A DNA stretch of 64,000 bases from NCBI GenBank assembly GCA_034520965.1, contig JAXHMY010000001.1:128001-192000 (forward strand), in the 5' to 3' direction. Below the pieces are notes generated by a model, which was not told where the DNA came from, ran no database searches, and saw nothing but the letters and a program-made list of their open reading frames with translations. A program made the translations under genes and the position numbers. This document shows, in pieces, positions 1-9,981 of this stretch; positions within the stretch are counted from its first letter, which is position 1; every line of letters starts with the position of its first letter. Source of the stretch: Spirochaetia bacterium (GTDB taxonomy: Bacteria; Spirochaetota; Spirochaetia; DSM-16054; Sediminispirochaetaceae).

Positions 1-1134
1 TATAAAAACCCCGATGCCGCCCTGCCACTAGTATCAAGAATTATTGTGTTTTTATTTGGCGGAGGCTTTCTTTTTTTGTTACTGCTCAGCATTTGGGTAT
101 TACGGAACCGCACAGAACTGTTAGGGAGGGAAGTCGCCAAAAGAACCGAGGAACTAAGTCAAAGCGAACAGCGCTTTAGAAGTATAATCGAAGATTCCGA
201 GGCGGGATACTTTTTAATAGGTGCAGATGGAACATATAATGATGTAAACGAGGGCTGGCTTAAAATGCACGAATACTCCCACAAGGAGGAGATTCTAGGT
301 AAACACTTTTCCCTTACCCAAGACCCAGAGGAGATTGAAGGGGCCGGCGAGCTTCTGCAGCCCCTTCTAAGGGGTGAGAGAATATCGACCAAAGAGTTTT
401 CTAGAATCACACAGTCGGGGCAAAAGAAGTTCCACATGTGTGCCGCCCAGCGGGTGTATCAAAATGGAGAAATTGTCGGAGTTGAGGGCTTTCTGTTCGA
501 CATTACCGACCGGAAAAAAACGGAGCAAGAAAAAACCTTACTTATGAATGAATTAAACCACCGGGTGAAGAATAACCTGTTAATGGTCAATTCCCTGGTG
601 CGGCTCAAAGAGTCTGCCCTTGAGGGAACGGCGGACCTCTCGGATATTAGACATCAGATAGATGCCATCCGCATTGTACATGAGAAATTATATAAAACCG
701 GTGAAATTACACATATCAATATGCGCGACTATATCCAGGACTTGCTTACTACTATTTTCTCATCCTTCTACTCTGAAGCTGTCACACTAGACAGCCAGGT
801 TGAGAACTTTTATTTAAACACTAAAGACGCCGTTGCCCTGGGTTTGATTATAAATGAAATAGCTACAAACGCCATTAAATACGGTTTTTATACCGGAGAT
901 AATGCCGGCCGGAAAGCCATGTTTAATGTACGCATGGTGAAGGATTTTGATACTAACGAATATATCCTCTCCCTCTCCAATAGCGGAAATCCCTTCCCGG
1001 AGGATATCAATTTCGAAAACGCTGAAACCCTCGGATTACGTTTAATCTCTATCCTTACACGCCAGTTAGACGGCACTGTGGAGCTGCAAAAAAACCCTCA
1101 ACCCCTATATACCATCCGGTTCCCCGTACCCTAG
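1..1134 (+). CDS. Membrane PAS-domain sensor histidine kinase (HisKA_2 type), 5'-truncated by window edge
   Basis: Frame open from base 1; TM segment, PAS (FRSIIE...GFLFDITDRKK), H-box ELNHRVKNNL, N-box NEIATNAIKY, G-box TLGLRLI. Confidence 0.85.
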   Translation, partial: YKNPDAALPLVSRIIVFLFGGGFLFLLLLSIWVLRNRTELLGREVAKRTEELSQSEQRFRSIIEDSEAGYFLIGADGTYNDVNEGWLKMHEYSHKEEILGKHFSLTQDPEEIEGAGELLQPLLRGERISTKEFSRITQSGQKKFHMCAAQRVYQNGEIVGVEGFLFDITDRKKTEQEKTLLMNELNHRVKNNLLMVNSLVRLKESALEGTADLSDIRHQIDAIRIVHEKLYKTGEITHINMRDYIQDLLTTIFSSFYSEAVTLDSQVENFYLNTKDAVALGLIINEIATNAIKYGFYTGDNAGRKAMFNVRMVKDFDTNEYILSLSNSGNPFPEDINFENAETLGLRLISILTRQLDGTVELQKNPQPLYTIRFPVP

Positions 1135-1698
1135 GGCCTTCATTTCTTCTATCAATTTTTCTCGAGCCCGGCGCAGATAGGTTTTAACTGTATTTTCGGG
1201 AATATCCAGGGTGCGGCTGGTGTCTTTGACCGACAGGCCCTCTACCATTCGCAGTACAAACACCTCTTTTAGTTTCTGGTCGAGTTTGTTGAGGGCTCTC
1301 TGAGCCAGACGCTCCCCCTCCCTCTGTATTGCACTTGTATCGGGGGCAGTGTTTTTGTCGTCCCGGCGTATCGATTCGTTCAGACTCTCTTCATACGGAA
1401 TATCCGGCTCAGGCTTCCGGCTGTTTTTTCGATTAAGGCTGCGCAGATGGTTTACCGCGATGGCGTAAATCCAGGAATAAAAGCGACGGGAGGAATCAAA
1501 AGATGAGATGGATCGATAGGCCTTTACAAACACATCCTGCACCGCATCTTCGGCAGCTTCTTGATCACCGAGCATACGATAACAGAGGGAATAGAGTACC
1601 GGGGTATAACGGCGAACAATCCGTTGAAAAGCTTCAACCTGCCCCTGTTGTACGAGTTCTACGTCCTGTCCATCGCTGTAGTGCTGATCCTGCGCCAC
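1105..1698 (-). CDS. ECF RNA polymerase sigma factor
   Basis: Region 2 AEDAVQDVFVKAY...FYSWIYAIAVN; region 4 LSVKDTSRTLDIPENTVKTYLRRAR. Confidence 0.92.
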   Translation of the reverse strand: MAQDQHYSDGQDVELVQQGQVEAFQRIVRRYTPVLYSLCYRMLGDQEAAEDAVQDVFVKAYRSISSFDSSRRFYSWIYAIAVNHLRSLNRKNSRKPEPDIPYEESLNESIRRDDKNTAPDTSAIQREGERLAQRALNKLDQKLKEVFVLRMVEGLSVKDTSRTLDIPENTVKTYLRRAREKLIEEMKALGYGEPDGI

Positions 1699-1756
1699 CC
1701 TCGGTGTACCCTCCTATATCCTATAAGTACAACTATATAGCAACTGCCTAGGGGAT

Positions 1757-1795
1757 TCAAAAAAGCACTGTAATTAAAATCTTGTTACGTTTCAT
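1757..1795 (-). other. 12-codon upstream ORF or gene remnant MKRNKILITVLF
   Basis: Strong SD AAGGAGG just upstream of ATG at 1795; TGA at 1757-1759 after a T6 run; resembles a signal-peptide start. Confidence 0.4.
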
Positions 1796-1822
1796 ACTAT
1801 TCCTCCTTTTGTACTAGAGATA

Positions 1823-1848
1823 TACGCCGGCACAGGCTGGAGGTTTTA
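1823..1848 (-). promoter_or_regulatory. ECF-type (SigW-like) promoter TAAAAC-N16-CGTA
   Basis: Minus strand TAAAAC ctccagcctgtgccgg CGTA, close to TGAAAC-N16-CGTA; points at the ECF gene. Confidence 0.6.
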
Positions 1849-2061
1849 AATCTATTCAACAAAGCTGGGAACACGCCGACCCGCTCCTTACGCCGGCCGG
1901 CTACTGCCGTGGACAGCCAGGCTGCCCCGGTTTTGGGCCGTCTATGGGAAGAGCATTTTTATCAATAAAATAACCCGCACAGGACAAACCGCGTGCGGTG
2001 GCTTGGGGTATGGCGAGACTGTTAGAATTTTGTGTAGAACCTATGTTATATTTAGAGGAGC

Positions 2062-3231
2062 ATGAGTAAAGAAATCATATTGTTTGTAGATGATGAAGAA
2101 TCGATTCTGAAGGCCTTGAAGCGCGAGTTGTCGGCCTGGGCCAAAGGGCAGCAGGTAGAGCTTTTATTTTACTCCTCCGCCGAGAGCGCCATGGAAGTGA
2201 TAGAACGGCAGGGCGAGTATGTCGCTGTGGTGGTATCTGACCTCAAAATGCCGTCGATCGGCGGCACAGAGCTGCTTACCGAGGTCAAGGATCGACGACC
2301 GGAGATAAAAACAATTATTTTGAGCAGCTATTCAGATACCAACCAAATGATAAGAGCAATTGAAAGTGGAATTGCGGCTTTTATATTAAAACCCTGGGAG
2401 AGCGATAAGCTGATAAACCGGGTCGAGAAGGCACTGAAAGGATATCGGCTGCAGAAAAATTACTCTGAATATGTACACATGCTCAACGAGGAGCTGCGCT
2501 GGGCGGGGGAGCTGCAGAAAAAGCTGCTTGAAACTGAGATCCCTTATTCTGATAAGATAGATTTTGCGGTAACCTACGAGCCGCTCCCCAATCTGCACTG
2601 TGGAGGAGATTATTACGACATTATTCCCTTCGACAAAGATCGCTACATAATTCTTATTGGGGATGTAGCCGGCCACGGGGTGAAGGCCGCCTTTATTACT
2701 ACCATGTTAAAAACTATGATCTACCGAGGCTACATCCGCCGGAGGGTCGGCAAAGAGTTCTCCCCGGCGGGCTTTCTTAGGTGGCTCAACTCGCAGGTGT
2801 GCGAACAACTGCAGGATTTTCCGGATATGCTGGTTACCTTTTTTGCACTGCTGATCGACCTCCCGCGCAGGAAGCTTGTCTACTCGAATGCCGGACATTT
2901 TCCGTTTTTTCTGATTCACCGGGACGGTTCAAGTACAAAATGCGGAGTGGAGGGGGCCGGAATGGGCTTCGAGGCCAACTTGCACTACGAAGAAGAGGAA
3001 CATGAGCTGAAGCCCCAGGATACCGCCGTTTTCTTTACCGACGGATTACTAGAATACCCCGGCCACCGCGAAAGTATTACCCTAGACAAGCTGGGGGAAA
3101 TTATTGCCGATAGCCAAACCGCTGCCGATCCGCACCGCAGGATTATTGAATCGGTTAAGGAGATAATGGGCTCCACCCAGGCCTACGATGATATTACCCT
3201 CCTGTCCTTTCATGCCGGGGAGTTCACATAG
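2062..3231 (+). CDS. Response-regulator receiver plus PP2C/SpoIIE (RsbU-like) phosphatase
   Basis: FVDDEE, SDLKMP, ILKPW receiver motifs; GGDYYD, IGDVAGHG, NAGH, FTDGL, DDIT phosphatase motifs. Confidence 0.9.
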   Translation: MSKEIILFVDDEESILKALKRELSAWAKGQQVELLFYSSAESAMEVIERQGEYVAVVVSDLKMPSIGGTELLTEVKDRRPEIKTIILSSYSDTNQMIRAIESGIAAFILKPWESDKLINRVEKALKGYRLQKNYSEYVHMLNEELRWAGELQKKLLETEIPYSDKIDFAVTYEPLPNLHCGGDYYDIIPFDKDRYIILIGDVAGHGVKAAFITTMLKTMIYRGYIRRRVGKEFSPAGFLRWLNSQVCEQLQDFPDMLVTFFALLIDLPRRKLVYSNAGHFPFFLIHRDGSSTKCGVEGAGMGFEANLHYEEEEHELKPQDTAVFFTDGLLEYPGHRESITLDKLGEIIADSQTAADPHRRIIESVKEIMGSTQAYDDITLLSFHAGEFT

Positions 3232-3251
3232 CGGGGCGGATGTGGTAGGGG

Positions 3252-3455
3252 CTATTCAATAACTTCAGAAATTGAATCGATAAAAGTAAAGTAGGAAGTA
3301 ATTCACTTTTCAAAGGGGAGGCCGGACTCATTGTCTAATTCACCGTACAAATGAAAGCAGAGTGATCTCCGGCTCGCTTCACAATACACGGCTTTTAAAC
3401 TGATCCTATGATCCTGAGCATTAAATGCTTCAATTTTTTTCAAGAGTGCTTCCAT
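3252..3455 (-). pseudogene. Degenerate STAS (anti-sigma antagonist) remnant
   Basis: SD GAGG then ATG 3455; MEALLKKIEAFNAQDHRISLKAVYCEASRRSLCFHLYGELDNESGLPFEK*ITSYFTFIDSISEVIE*; LxGxLD STAS N-terminal motif, central part absent. Confidence 0.5.
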
Positions 3456-3495
3456 GCTTACCTCGTTTTTACTATCCCTACACTGCTGTCTCTGT

Positions 3496-3705
3496 TCAGA
3501 GGAGAAAGTCGGTCTGACTCATCAATTTTAATCCGCTGTGTAGAAGCTTGCTTTTCGCCTTAGAGATTTGATACAGAGTATCGGCTATATCGGGGTCGTA
3601 GAGGCTGTGCTTGTGCTGAGGATAGCCCTCATTTTCATCGTACTTAAAATAGGCGTTTGAGATGCCCTGCAGGAGTTGTATTTCTCTGTTGACTTCAGTT
3701 TCCAT
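3496..3705 (-). CDS. Hypothetical protein (69 aa)
   Basis: ORF fills the gap before the Fe transporter promoter; no motif recognised. Confidence 0.4.
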   Translation of the reverse strand: METEVNREIQLLQGISNAYFKYDENEGYPQHKHSLYDPDIADTLYQISKAKSKLLHSGLKLMSQTDFLL

Positions 3706-3757
3706 TACGTCATTTCTTACTCTATTTATAATTGCTATATCTATATAATGTCCAAAA

Positions 3758-3785
3758 AATAAAATTAGGCTTGACTAATTTTATT
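3758..3785. promoter_or_regulatory. Palindromic operator, DtxR/MntR/TroR-like box, upstream of Fe ABC operon
   Basis: AATAAAATTAG-gcttga-CTAATTTTATT: perfect 11-bp arms overlapping a TTGACT -35 hexamer. Confidence 0.65.
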
Positions 3786-3831
3786 GGATATACTAACTTT
3801 TAGACAACTTTGAATCTATAAGGAGAAGGAA

Positions 3832-4903
3832 ATGCGAATTTTTTTGCGGTTATTTATGACTTTTTTAATCACCCTTACTGTAAGCGTCACTCTCTCGGCG
3901 GGCGGACAGTCCGAAGCCGACAGTGACGGCAACAGCGGTTCCGGCAATGCCGGCGAGGTGAACGTATATTCACACCGTCATTACGAGATAGACAAGCAGC
4001 TGTTTACCGAGTTTACCGCACAAACCGGTATAAAGGTAAATGTAGTCAACGCCGATTCGGACGAGCTTATTCAACGCCTCAAGACTGAAGGAGAATTATC
4101 ACCGGCGGACCTTCTGATAACTGCCGATGTAGCCCGTCTGGTGCGGGCACAGGAGGAAGGACTGCTGCAAGCTATCGAAAACGAGACTCTGAAAGAGAGG
4201 ATTCCCGCCTACCTGCGCTCTCCGGATGGCTATTGGTTTGGTATGACAAAGCGCGCCAGGATAATTGTGTATCACACAGATCGTGTGGATCCGCAGCAGC
4301 TCAGCACCTATGAAGAGCTTACTTCAGAAAAATGGAACGGCAAAATAGCTATACGCAGTTCCGCAAACATCTACAACCAATCGCTTCTGGCATCGCTCAT
4401 TGCAAACCTGGGTGCCGACCAGGCGGAAGAGTGGGCAAAAGGTATCGTGCAGAATATGGCCCGCAGCCCCCAGGGGAACGACCGTGACCAAATGAAGGCG
4501 GTTGCCGCCGGACAGGCCGATATCGCGGTGGTAAACACTTATTATGTGGGACGAATGTTCAATTCCGATGATCCAGATGAGGTAGAGGTGGCACAACAGA
4601 TGGGAGTATTTTTTCCAAACCAGAAGGGCCGTGGGAGTCACATAAACATTAGCGGCGGGGGAGTTACCGCACATGCCCCCCACAGAGCAAATGCCGAGAA
4701 ACTGCTGGAGTTTCTTACCTCCGACACATCCCAACGCCTCTTTGCACAAGCTAACTATGAATACCCGGTTGTACCGGGAGTTTCGGAGGCGGAGATTGTC
4801 AAAAGCTGGGGCGAGTTTAAAGAGGACCGCCTGAACCTTTCAGAGCTTGGCAAGTTCAACAGCCAGGCGGTACGTATTTTTTGACCGCGTCGGCTGGAAA
4901 TAG
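3832..4903 (+). CDS. Fe(3+) ABC transporter substrate-binding protein (FutA/FbpA family); apparent extra T near the 3' end
   Basis: VNVYSHRHY, SPADLLITAD, GNDRDQ, VNTYY, NYEYP; removing one T in the T6 run at about 4877-4882 gives ...AVRIFDRVGWK* ending 4903. Confidence 0.9.
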
Positions 4904-4918
4904 GAAAAGGGACTTATA

Positions 4919-6529
4919 ATGTCTAATCGCAGGGTTTGGCTTCTCATTTTGATACTGCTGACCCTGCTGTTTTTACTACCCTTTGCTGCTCTGTTGAGCG
5001 GTGTTTTTTCGTCCAGCGACAGCTGGGGGCATTTAAGCAGCACGGTTCTACCCCGCTACATCGGCAGCTCGTTGTTTCTGCTGCTGTTTTTCCTGTTCGG
5101 AGTATATAGCCTCGGAACTGTGACGGCCTGGATCATGACCCGCTACAGCTTTCCCATGAAACCGATATTTGAGGTAGCTCTTATCTTCCCCCATGCGGTG
5201 CCGATTTACATCTCCGCCTTTGCATACCGCGGGCTGTTTAATTACGGAGGCTTACTTCACCCGCTCATGCCGGACTTTTCCGGCCCCTGGGCGGCGGTAT
5301 TTCTTTTCATTTTCGGATTGTATACCTACGTGTACCTGGCCGCCCGGGCTATGCTGGCCACCTTCGGGGGGCAGTTTATTGATACTGCAATAATGCTGGG
5401 AAAGTCTGAGTGGGCTCTATTCCGCCGGGTAGCTCTGCCTTTGATGCGACCGGCCGCAGTGGGTGGAGCGGTTTTGGCAGGTGTGGAGGTGCTAAATGAA
5501 TATGGAGCCCTCAAATATTTGGGGGTTGAAAGCTTTACCACCGGTATTTTTCGTGCCTGGTTCTCGTTGGGAGACATCACCGCCGCTATTCGACTTTCTC
5601 TGCTCCTTCTGCTGACGGTTGGTATACTCCTCGCAGCAGAAAAACTGCAGCGAGGGAAGGCCGGCTTTGTCTCATCCGGACGCAACCCCTCCCCGGTGGT
5701 TCCCCTCAAAATACGGGGTGTAAAGGGCGCACTGATTACCGCGGTGTTGCTGCTGCCGGTTACTTTCGGCTTTTTTATTCCACTTTTACAATTGCTGCTC
5801 TGGACGGTAGATGCTCCCCTTCTGCAGCAGTGGACAGAATTAGCTGTAATTACCGCGGATACGCTGGTCCTCACCCTATCCGCCTCTTTTGCCGCCGTGA
5901 GCATTGCCCTGCTGCTGGGTTTCATTCCCCTACTGTTTAACGGTGGGGTTACCGGTTCGCTCGCCTCCCTGCCAAGCCTAGGCTATGCGGTGCCCGGGGC
6001 TGTTATAGCGATGGGAGTGATGAGGCTCTCGATCTCCGCCGATCTGGCGATCAACCATCTGTTTAACCCGCTTATTAGTCCCCTCCGCGGAGAGCCCCTG
6101 GGACTTATCTTCTCCGGAAGCCTGATAGTGCTCGCCGGCGCGTATCTTATTCGCTTTATTGCGGTAAGCTTTAAACCGATTGCCTCCGCCTATACATCAA
6201 TCGGCGGTGTATATGTCGACTCCGCCGCAACCATGGGACGCGGGCCTGTTCATAGTTTCTTTAAAATTTATTTACCCCTTATGAAACGGGCGAGTCTGTT
6301 TGCGGGAATCCTCTTTTTTCTGGATGCCATAAGGACGTTGCCCCTCACCATGATTCTGAGACCCTTTAATTACGACACTCTGGCCACCGTGACGTATGAA
6401 CTTGCCTCCGACGAGCGGCTCAAGGAAGCAGCCCCCTTCGGTCTGATTCTTGTGGCTCTTGGAGTGGGTGTCACCATCATTACCATGATGCTTTCAAAGG
6501 GAAAGCGAAAAGTAATCCAAGGAGCGTGA
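4919..6529 (+). CDS. Fe(3+) ABC transporter permease
   Basis: Two-repeat polytopic protein; LFRRVALPLMRPA, GYAVPGAVIA, ILRPFNYDTLA. Confidence 0.9.
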   Translation: MSNRRVWLLILILLTLLFLLPFAALLSGVFSSSDSWGHLSSTVLPRYIGSSLFLLLFFLFGVYSLGTVTAWIMTRYSFPMKPIFEVALIFPHAVPIYISAFAYRGLFNYGGLLHPLMPDFSGPWAAVFLFIFGLYTYVYLAARAMLATFGGQFIDTAIMLGKSEWALFRRVALPLMRPAAVGGAVLAGVEVLNEYGALKYLGVESFTTGIFRAWFSLGDITAAIRLSLLLLLTVGILLAAEKLQRGKAGFVSSGRNPSPVVPLKIRGVKGALITAVLLLPVTFGFFIPLLQLLLWTVDAPLLQQWTELAVITADTLVLTLSASFAAVSIALLLGFIPLLFNGGVTGSLASLPSLGYAVPGAVIAMGVMRLSISADLAINHLFNPLISPLRGEPLGLIFSGSLIVLAGAYLIRFIAVSFKPIASAYTSIGGVYVDSAATMGRGPVHSFFKIYLPLMKRASLFAGILFFLDAIRTLPLTMILRPFNYDTLATVTYELASDERLKEAAPFGLILVALGVGVTIITMMLSKGKRKVIQGA

Positions 6530-7605
6530 AAAGCATGGAACACAAAGAAATTCTAGAAGTACAGGGTCTGCACAAACATTTTGCAGGACGCGAGCAGCCG
6601 GCAGTCGAAAACCTCGACCTACAGCTTACTTCAGGAGAGATATATGCACTTGTCGGCGAGAGCGGATGCGGCAAAACCACCGCACTTAGGATGATTGCCG
6701 GCCTTTTAACCCCGGATGAGGGAAACATCCGCATCCGGGACCGTGAGGTATACAGTGGGGACTCCATGATACCCTGTGAACAGCGTAAGGTAGGGATGGT
6801 GTTTCAAAACGCATCCCTCTTTCCCCACCTGAGCCTGGAGAAGAATGTAATGTTTGGTCTGAAAGGCCCGGGACGTGCGAAACGCGCAAGGGCTCAACTT
6901 TTTCTAGAGCAGGTCGGTTTAGCCGAGCTCGGGAAAGCGTACCCCCACGAGCTCTCCGGAGGGCAGCAGCAGCGGGTAGCCCTGGCCAGAGCATTGGCAC
7001 TCGAGCCGGATCTTATTCTGCTGGATGAACCCTTCAGTAACTTGGATATCAGAATAAAAACGAAGGTAATCGAGCAGGTACGAACTATCCTCACCCAGGT
7101 TGATACAACCGCCTTACTGGTAACCCACGATATAAATGAGGCCTACCACCTGGCCGACAGGATCGGTGTGATGCGCGCCGGCAGTTTGATACAGCAGGGA
7201 AACCCCGCCGAGCTCTATCACTCTCCCGCCGACAGCTATGTCGCCGACTTTCTCGGTACTGCCAATGAGTTTGAGTTAGAAGAACTTCAGGCCATCTTCT
7301 CCACTTTGCCTACACATCCGTATGGAGCAGTAGATACTCCGGAATCCGGTACACAGGTAATTTTAAGACCGGAGGATATTGAACTAGTTCCTCTGTCCCA
7401 AGCCCAGCCCACGTCGGGTGAGTCAGTCGGAGGAAGAATTGAAGGGGTCACCTTTCTCGGAAACCGACGCGAATACTTGGTAAAGGTGGGCTCTGTAAAA
7501 ATGCGGGTCAGTACACCCTCACACTATGAAATTCCGACCGGCAGCTGGGTCCAGCTTACACTCAAACCTGAGGTACACCAGCATTTATTGCGGCGAGTAG
7601 TGTGA
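6526..7605 (+). CDS. Fe(3+) ABC transporter ATP-binding protein
   Basis: Walker A GESGCGKT, LSGGQQQR, LLDEP, TOBE-like tail. Confidence 0.92.
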   Translation: MKSMEHKEILEVQGLHKHFAGREQPAVENLDLQLTSGEIYALVGESGCGKTTALRMIAGLLTPDEGNIRIRDREVYSGDSMIPCEQRKVGMVFQNASLFPHLSLEKNVMFGLKGPGRAKRARAQLFLEQVGLAELGKAYPHELSGGQQQRVALARALALEPDLILLDEPFSNLDIRIKTKVIEQVRTILTQVDTTALLVTHDINEAYHLADRIGVMRAGSLIQQGNPAELYHSPADSYVADFLGTANEFELEELQAIFSTLPTHPYGAVDTPESGTQVILRPEDIELVPLSQAQPTSGESVGGRIEGVTFLGNRREYLVKVGSVKMRVSTPSHYEIPTGSWVQLTLKPEVHQHLLRRVV

Positions 7606-7628
7606 GTTAGAGTAAATTTTGAAGCACT

Positions 7629-7670
7629 TTGAAATTTAAGAATCCCCGTGGTATGATATTGTGTACACCA
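7629..7670 (+). promoter_or_regulatory. Sigma70 promoter with GntR/HutC-type operator at +1
   Basis: TTGAAA-N17-TATGAT (7629-7657) followed by TTGTGTACACCA (7659-7670). Confidence 0.55.
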
Positions 7671-7701
7671 GCAATAACAATAAGCAAGGGGATTCCAGCA
7701 A

Positions 7702-9963
7702 ATGAATAACGTGATAATTCATTCAGGCGAGGAAGCCGATCAGGATTTTATTCCGGCAGAGTTTTTACCCCAGGGAAAAGACGAATTCCATCTGCGAAGA
7801 GTTCAGAATCAACAGACTCCGGAAAAATGGCGCCGGCTTACAACCGGTGAAATAGAAATTCTTATCCACAACGGAAATAATGCCGAGAGTTGGGAACGTA
7901 TACTTGTTACCGACGAGTTCGACCCGCAGCGAATTCACAACAACAACTTTCGCGGACTGGTGAGGATAGGCCGCTTGCGAGATGTAATTTTAGAACATCA
8001 CGATCTGCAGCTGCCCAGCGGTATCCGCAACAGCTTTATCTGGGACTGTGACATTGGTGATGATACTGTTATTCACAACGTTCATTACCTGGCGCATTAC
8101 CTCATAGGCGACCGCTGCATATTGGCCAATATCGATGAGATGCATACCACGAACTATGCAAAATTCGGCAATGGAATCCTCAAGGACGGAGAACCGGAAG
8201 AGTCCCGGGTATGGCTGGACATAATGAACGAAACCGGAAGCCGCCAAGTGCTTCCCTTCGACGGCATGATTCCCGCCGATGCGTATATGTGGGCAAAGTA
8301 CCGGGATGATACAGCCCTACAGGCGAAGCTTAAAGAGCTTACCCAGTGCCGCTTCGATTCACAACGCGGCTATTACGGAACCGTCGGACAGCAGTCGGTA
8401 ATCAAGACATCACGGATACTCAAGGATGTGAAGGTTGGTGAACACTGTTATATAAAGGGTGTAAACAAGCTGAAAAATCTAACCATTAACTCTTCCGAAG
8501 ATGAACCGAGCCAAATCGGTGAAGGGGTTGAGTTGGTAAACGGAATCATCGGCTACGGCTGTCACATCTTCTACGGCTGTAAGGCCGTCCGCTTTATCCT
8601 GGGGGATAACTCCAACCTGAAATACGGAGCCCGGCTCATTAATTCATTTTTAGGGGACAATTCTACTATCTCCTGCTGTGAGGTGCTGAACAATCTCATT
8701 TTCCCGGCCCATGAGCAGCATCATAATAACTCCTTCTTGATTGCCTCGGTGGTAATGGGACAGAGTAACATTGCCGCCGGAGCTACTATCGGATCAAACC
8801 ATAACAGCAGGGCGAACGACAATGAGATCCAGGCGGGGCGAGGTTTCTGGCCGGGCTTATGTACCAGTCTAAAACACTCCAGCCGGTTTGCCTCTTTTGT
8901 GCTTTTAGCCAAGGGGCAGTACCCGGCGGAACTTAATATTCCCCTTCCCTTTGCATTGCTGAACAACAATACCACCGAAGGCCGTCTGGAGGTGCTGCCT
9001 GCCTATTGGTGGCGCCACAATATGTACGCCCTGGCCCGGAATGCCTGGAAGTTTCATACACGGGACAAACGGGCCCGCAAATTACAGAATATTGAGTTCG
9101 ATGCCTTTGCCCCCGATTCTGTGGAAGAAATTATTGAAGCCCGGCAACTGCTGCTGCAGAGGATCGGAGCCGCGGCTTTGGAAACAGAAGGAGAACCGCC
9201 TGAAGAAATTGCCCGCTCCAGCAATAAAAACCTCGACGGAAAGGGTAAGTTAAAGAACAGTGCGTTCGAGAACAGCGAATTAGCGCAGCGAGGCAAAGTT
9301 GTCGTCTCTGCCCACTCCGCCACCCCGGAGGAATTCGAGGTATTCGGCCTGAATATGGAAAAGTCCCGGCGGCCGGTGGTCATACGCAAAAGCGTGGAAG
9401 CCTACCACGCCTACGGAGAGATGCTGCTGTACTATGCAGTTAAGAACCTGATCAAATACCTCCAGGCTCATCCTGAGCAGAACTTCGACAGCATGAAGGA
9501 GGCTTTATCCGCGGAACGCCAAACCGAATGGGTCAATATCGGCGGACAGTTAATGCGAAGCCAAGACTTTGATAAACTGCGATCTGAAATCGGTTCGGGA
9601 TCGTTGAAAAGTTGGGATGAGATTCATGAAGAGTATGACCACTTATGGGAGGCATACCCTCTGGAGAAGCAGCGCCACGCCTTTGCAGTGCTGCAGCATA
9701 TGTACGATGACCGCGAGTTAAGCTCGGCACGACTGGAGACGGATGCACTGGAAAAATGCAAAACCATCCAAGAGTATGTACGAGATCAGGTGTACAGCTC
9801 GCGAAAAAAGGATTTCGAGAACCCATTTCGCCACGCAACTTACCGCAGTTTGGAGGAAATGACGGCCACTATCGGTACAATCGAAGATAATAGTTTTATC
9901 CAGCAGGTACGGGATGAGACCAATGAGCTTAACCACGTTATCGCACAATTACTAACATTCTAA
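7702..9963 (+). CDS. DUF4954 family protein (left-handed beta-helix-rich)
   Basis: 753 aa; FPAHEQHHNNSFLIA, GATIGSNHNSR, GRGFWPGL, YALARNAWK motifs. Confidence 0.8.
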   Translation: MNNVIIHSGEEADQDFIPAEFLPQGKDEFHLRRVQNQQTPEKWRRLTTGEIEILIHNGNNAESWERILVTDEFDPQRIHNNNFRGLVRIGRLRDVILEHHDLQLPSGIRNSFIWDCDIGDDTVIHNVHYLAHYLIGDRCILANIDEMHTTNYAKFGNGILKDGEPEESRVWLDIMNETGSRQVLPFDGMIPADAYMWAKYRDDTALQAKLKELTQCRFDSQRGYYGTVGQQSVIKTSRILKDVKVGEHCYIKGVNKLKNLTINSSEDEPSQIGEGVELVNGIIGYGCHIFYGCKAVRFILGDNSNLKYGARLINSFLGDNSTISCCEVLNNLIFPAHEQHHNNSFLIASVVMGQSNIAAGATIGSNHNSRANDNEIQAGRGFWPGLCTSLKHSSRFASFVLLAKGQYPAELNIPLPFALLNNNTTEGRLEVLPAYWWRHNMYALARNAWKFHTRDKRARKLQNIEFDAFAPDSVEEIIEARQLLLQRIGAAALETEGEPPEEIARSSNKNLDGKGKLKNSAFENSELAQRGKVVVSAHSATPEEFEVFGLNMEKSRRPVVIRKSVEAYHAYGEMLLYYAVKNLIKYLQAHPEQNFDSMKEALSAERQTEWVNIGGQLMRSQDFDKLRSEIGSGSLKSWDEIHEEYDHLWEAYPLEKQRHAFAVLQHMYDDRELSSARLETDALEKCKTIQEYVRDQVYSSRKKDFENPFRHATYRSLEEMTATIGTIEDNSFIQQVRDETNELNHVIAQLLTF

Positions 9964-9981
9964 ACAGCATAGGAGAGAAAA

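Noticed and set aside
1860..2030. Riboswitch in the GC-rich intergenic stretch
   Set aside because: Only short stems; no cobalamin, c-di-GMP, TPP or SAM consensus recognised.
3303..3305. Selenocysteine readthrough at the in-frame TGA of the STAS remnant
   Set aside because: Not a Cys-type position, no evident SECIS hairpin, and readthrough would still leave a deleted domain.
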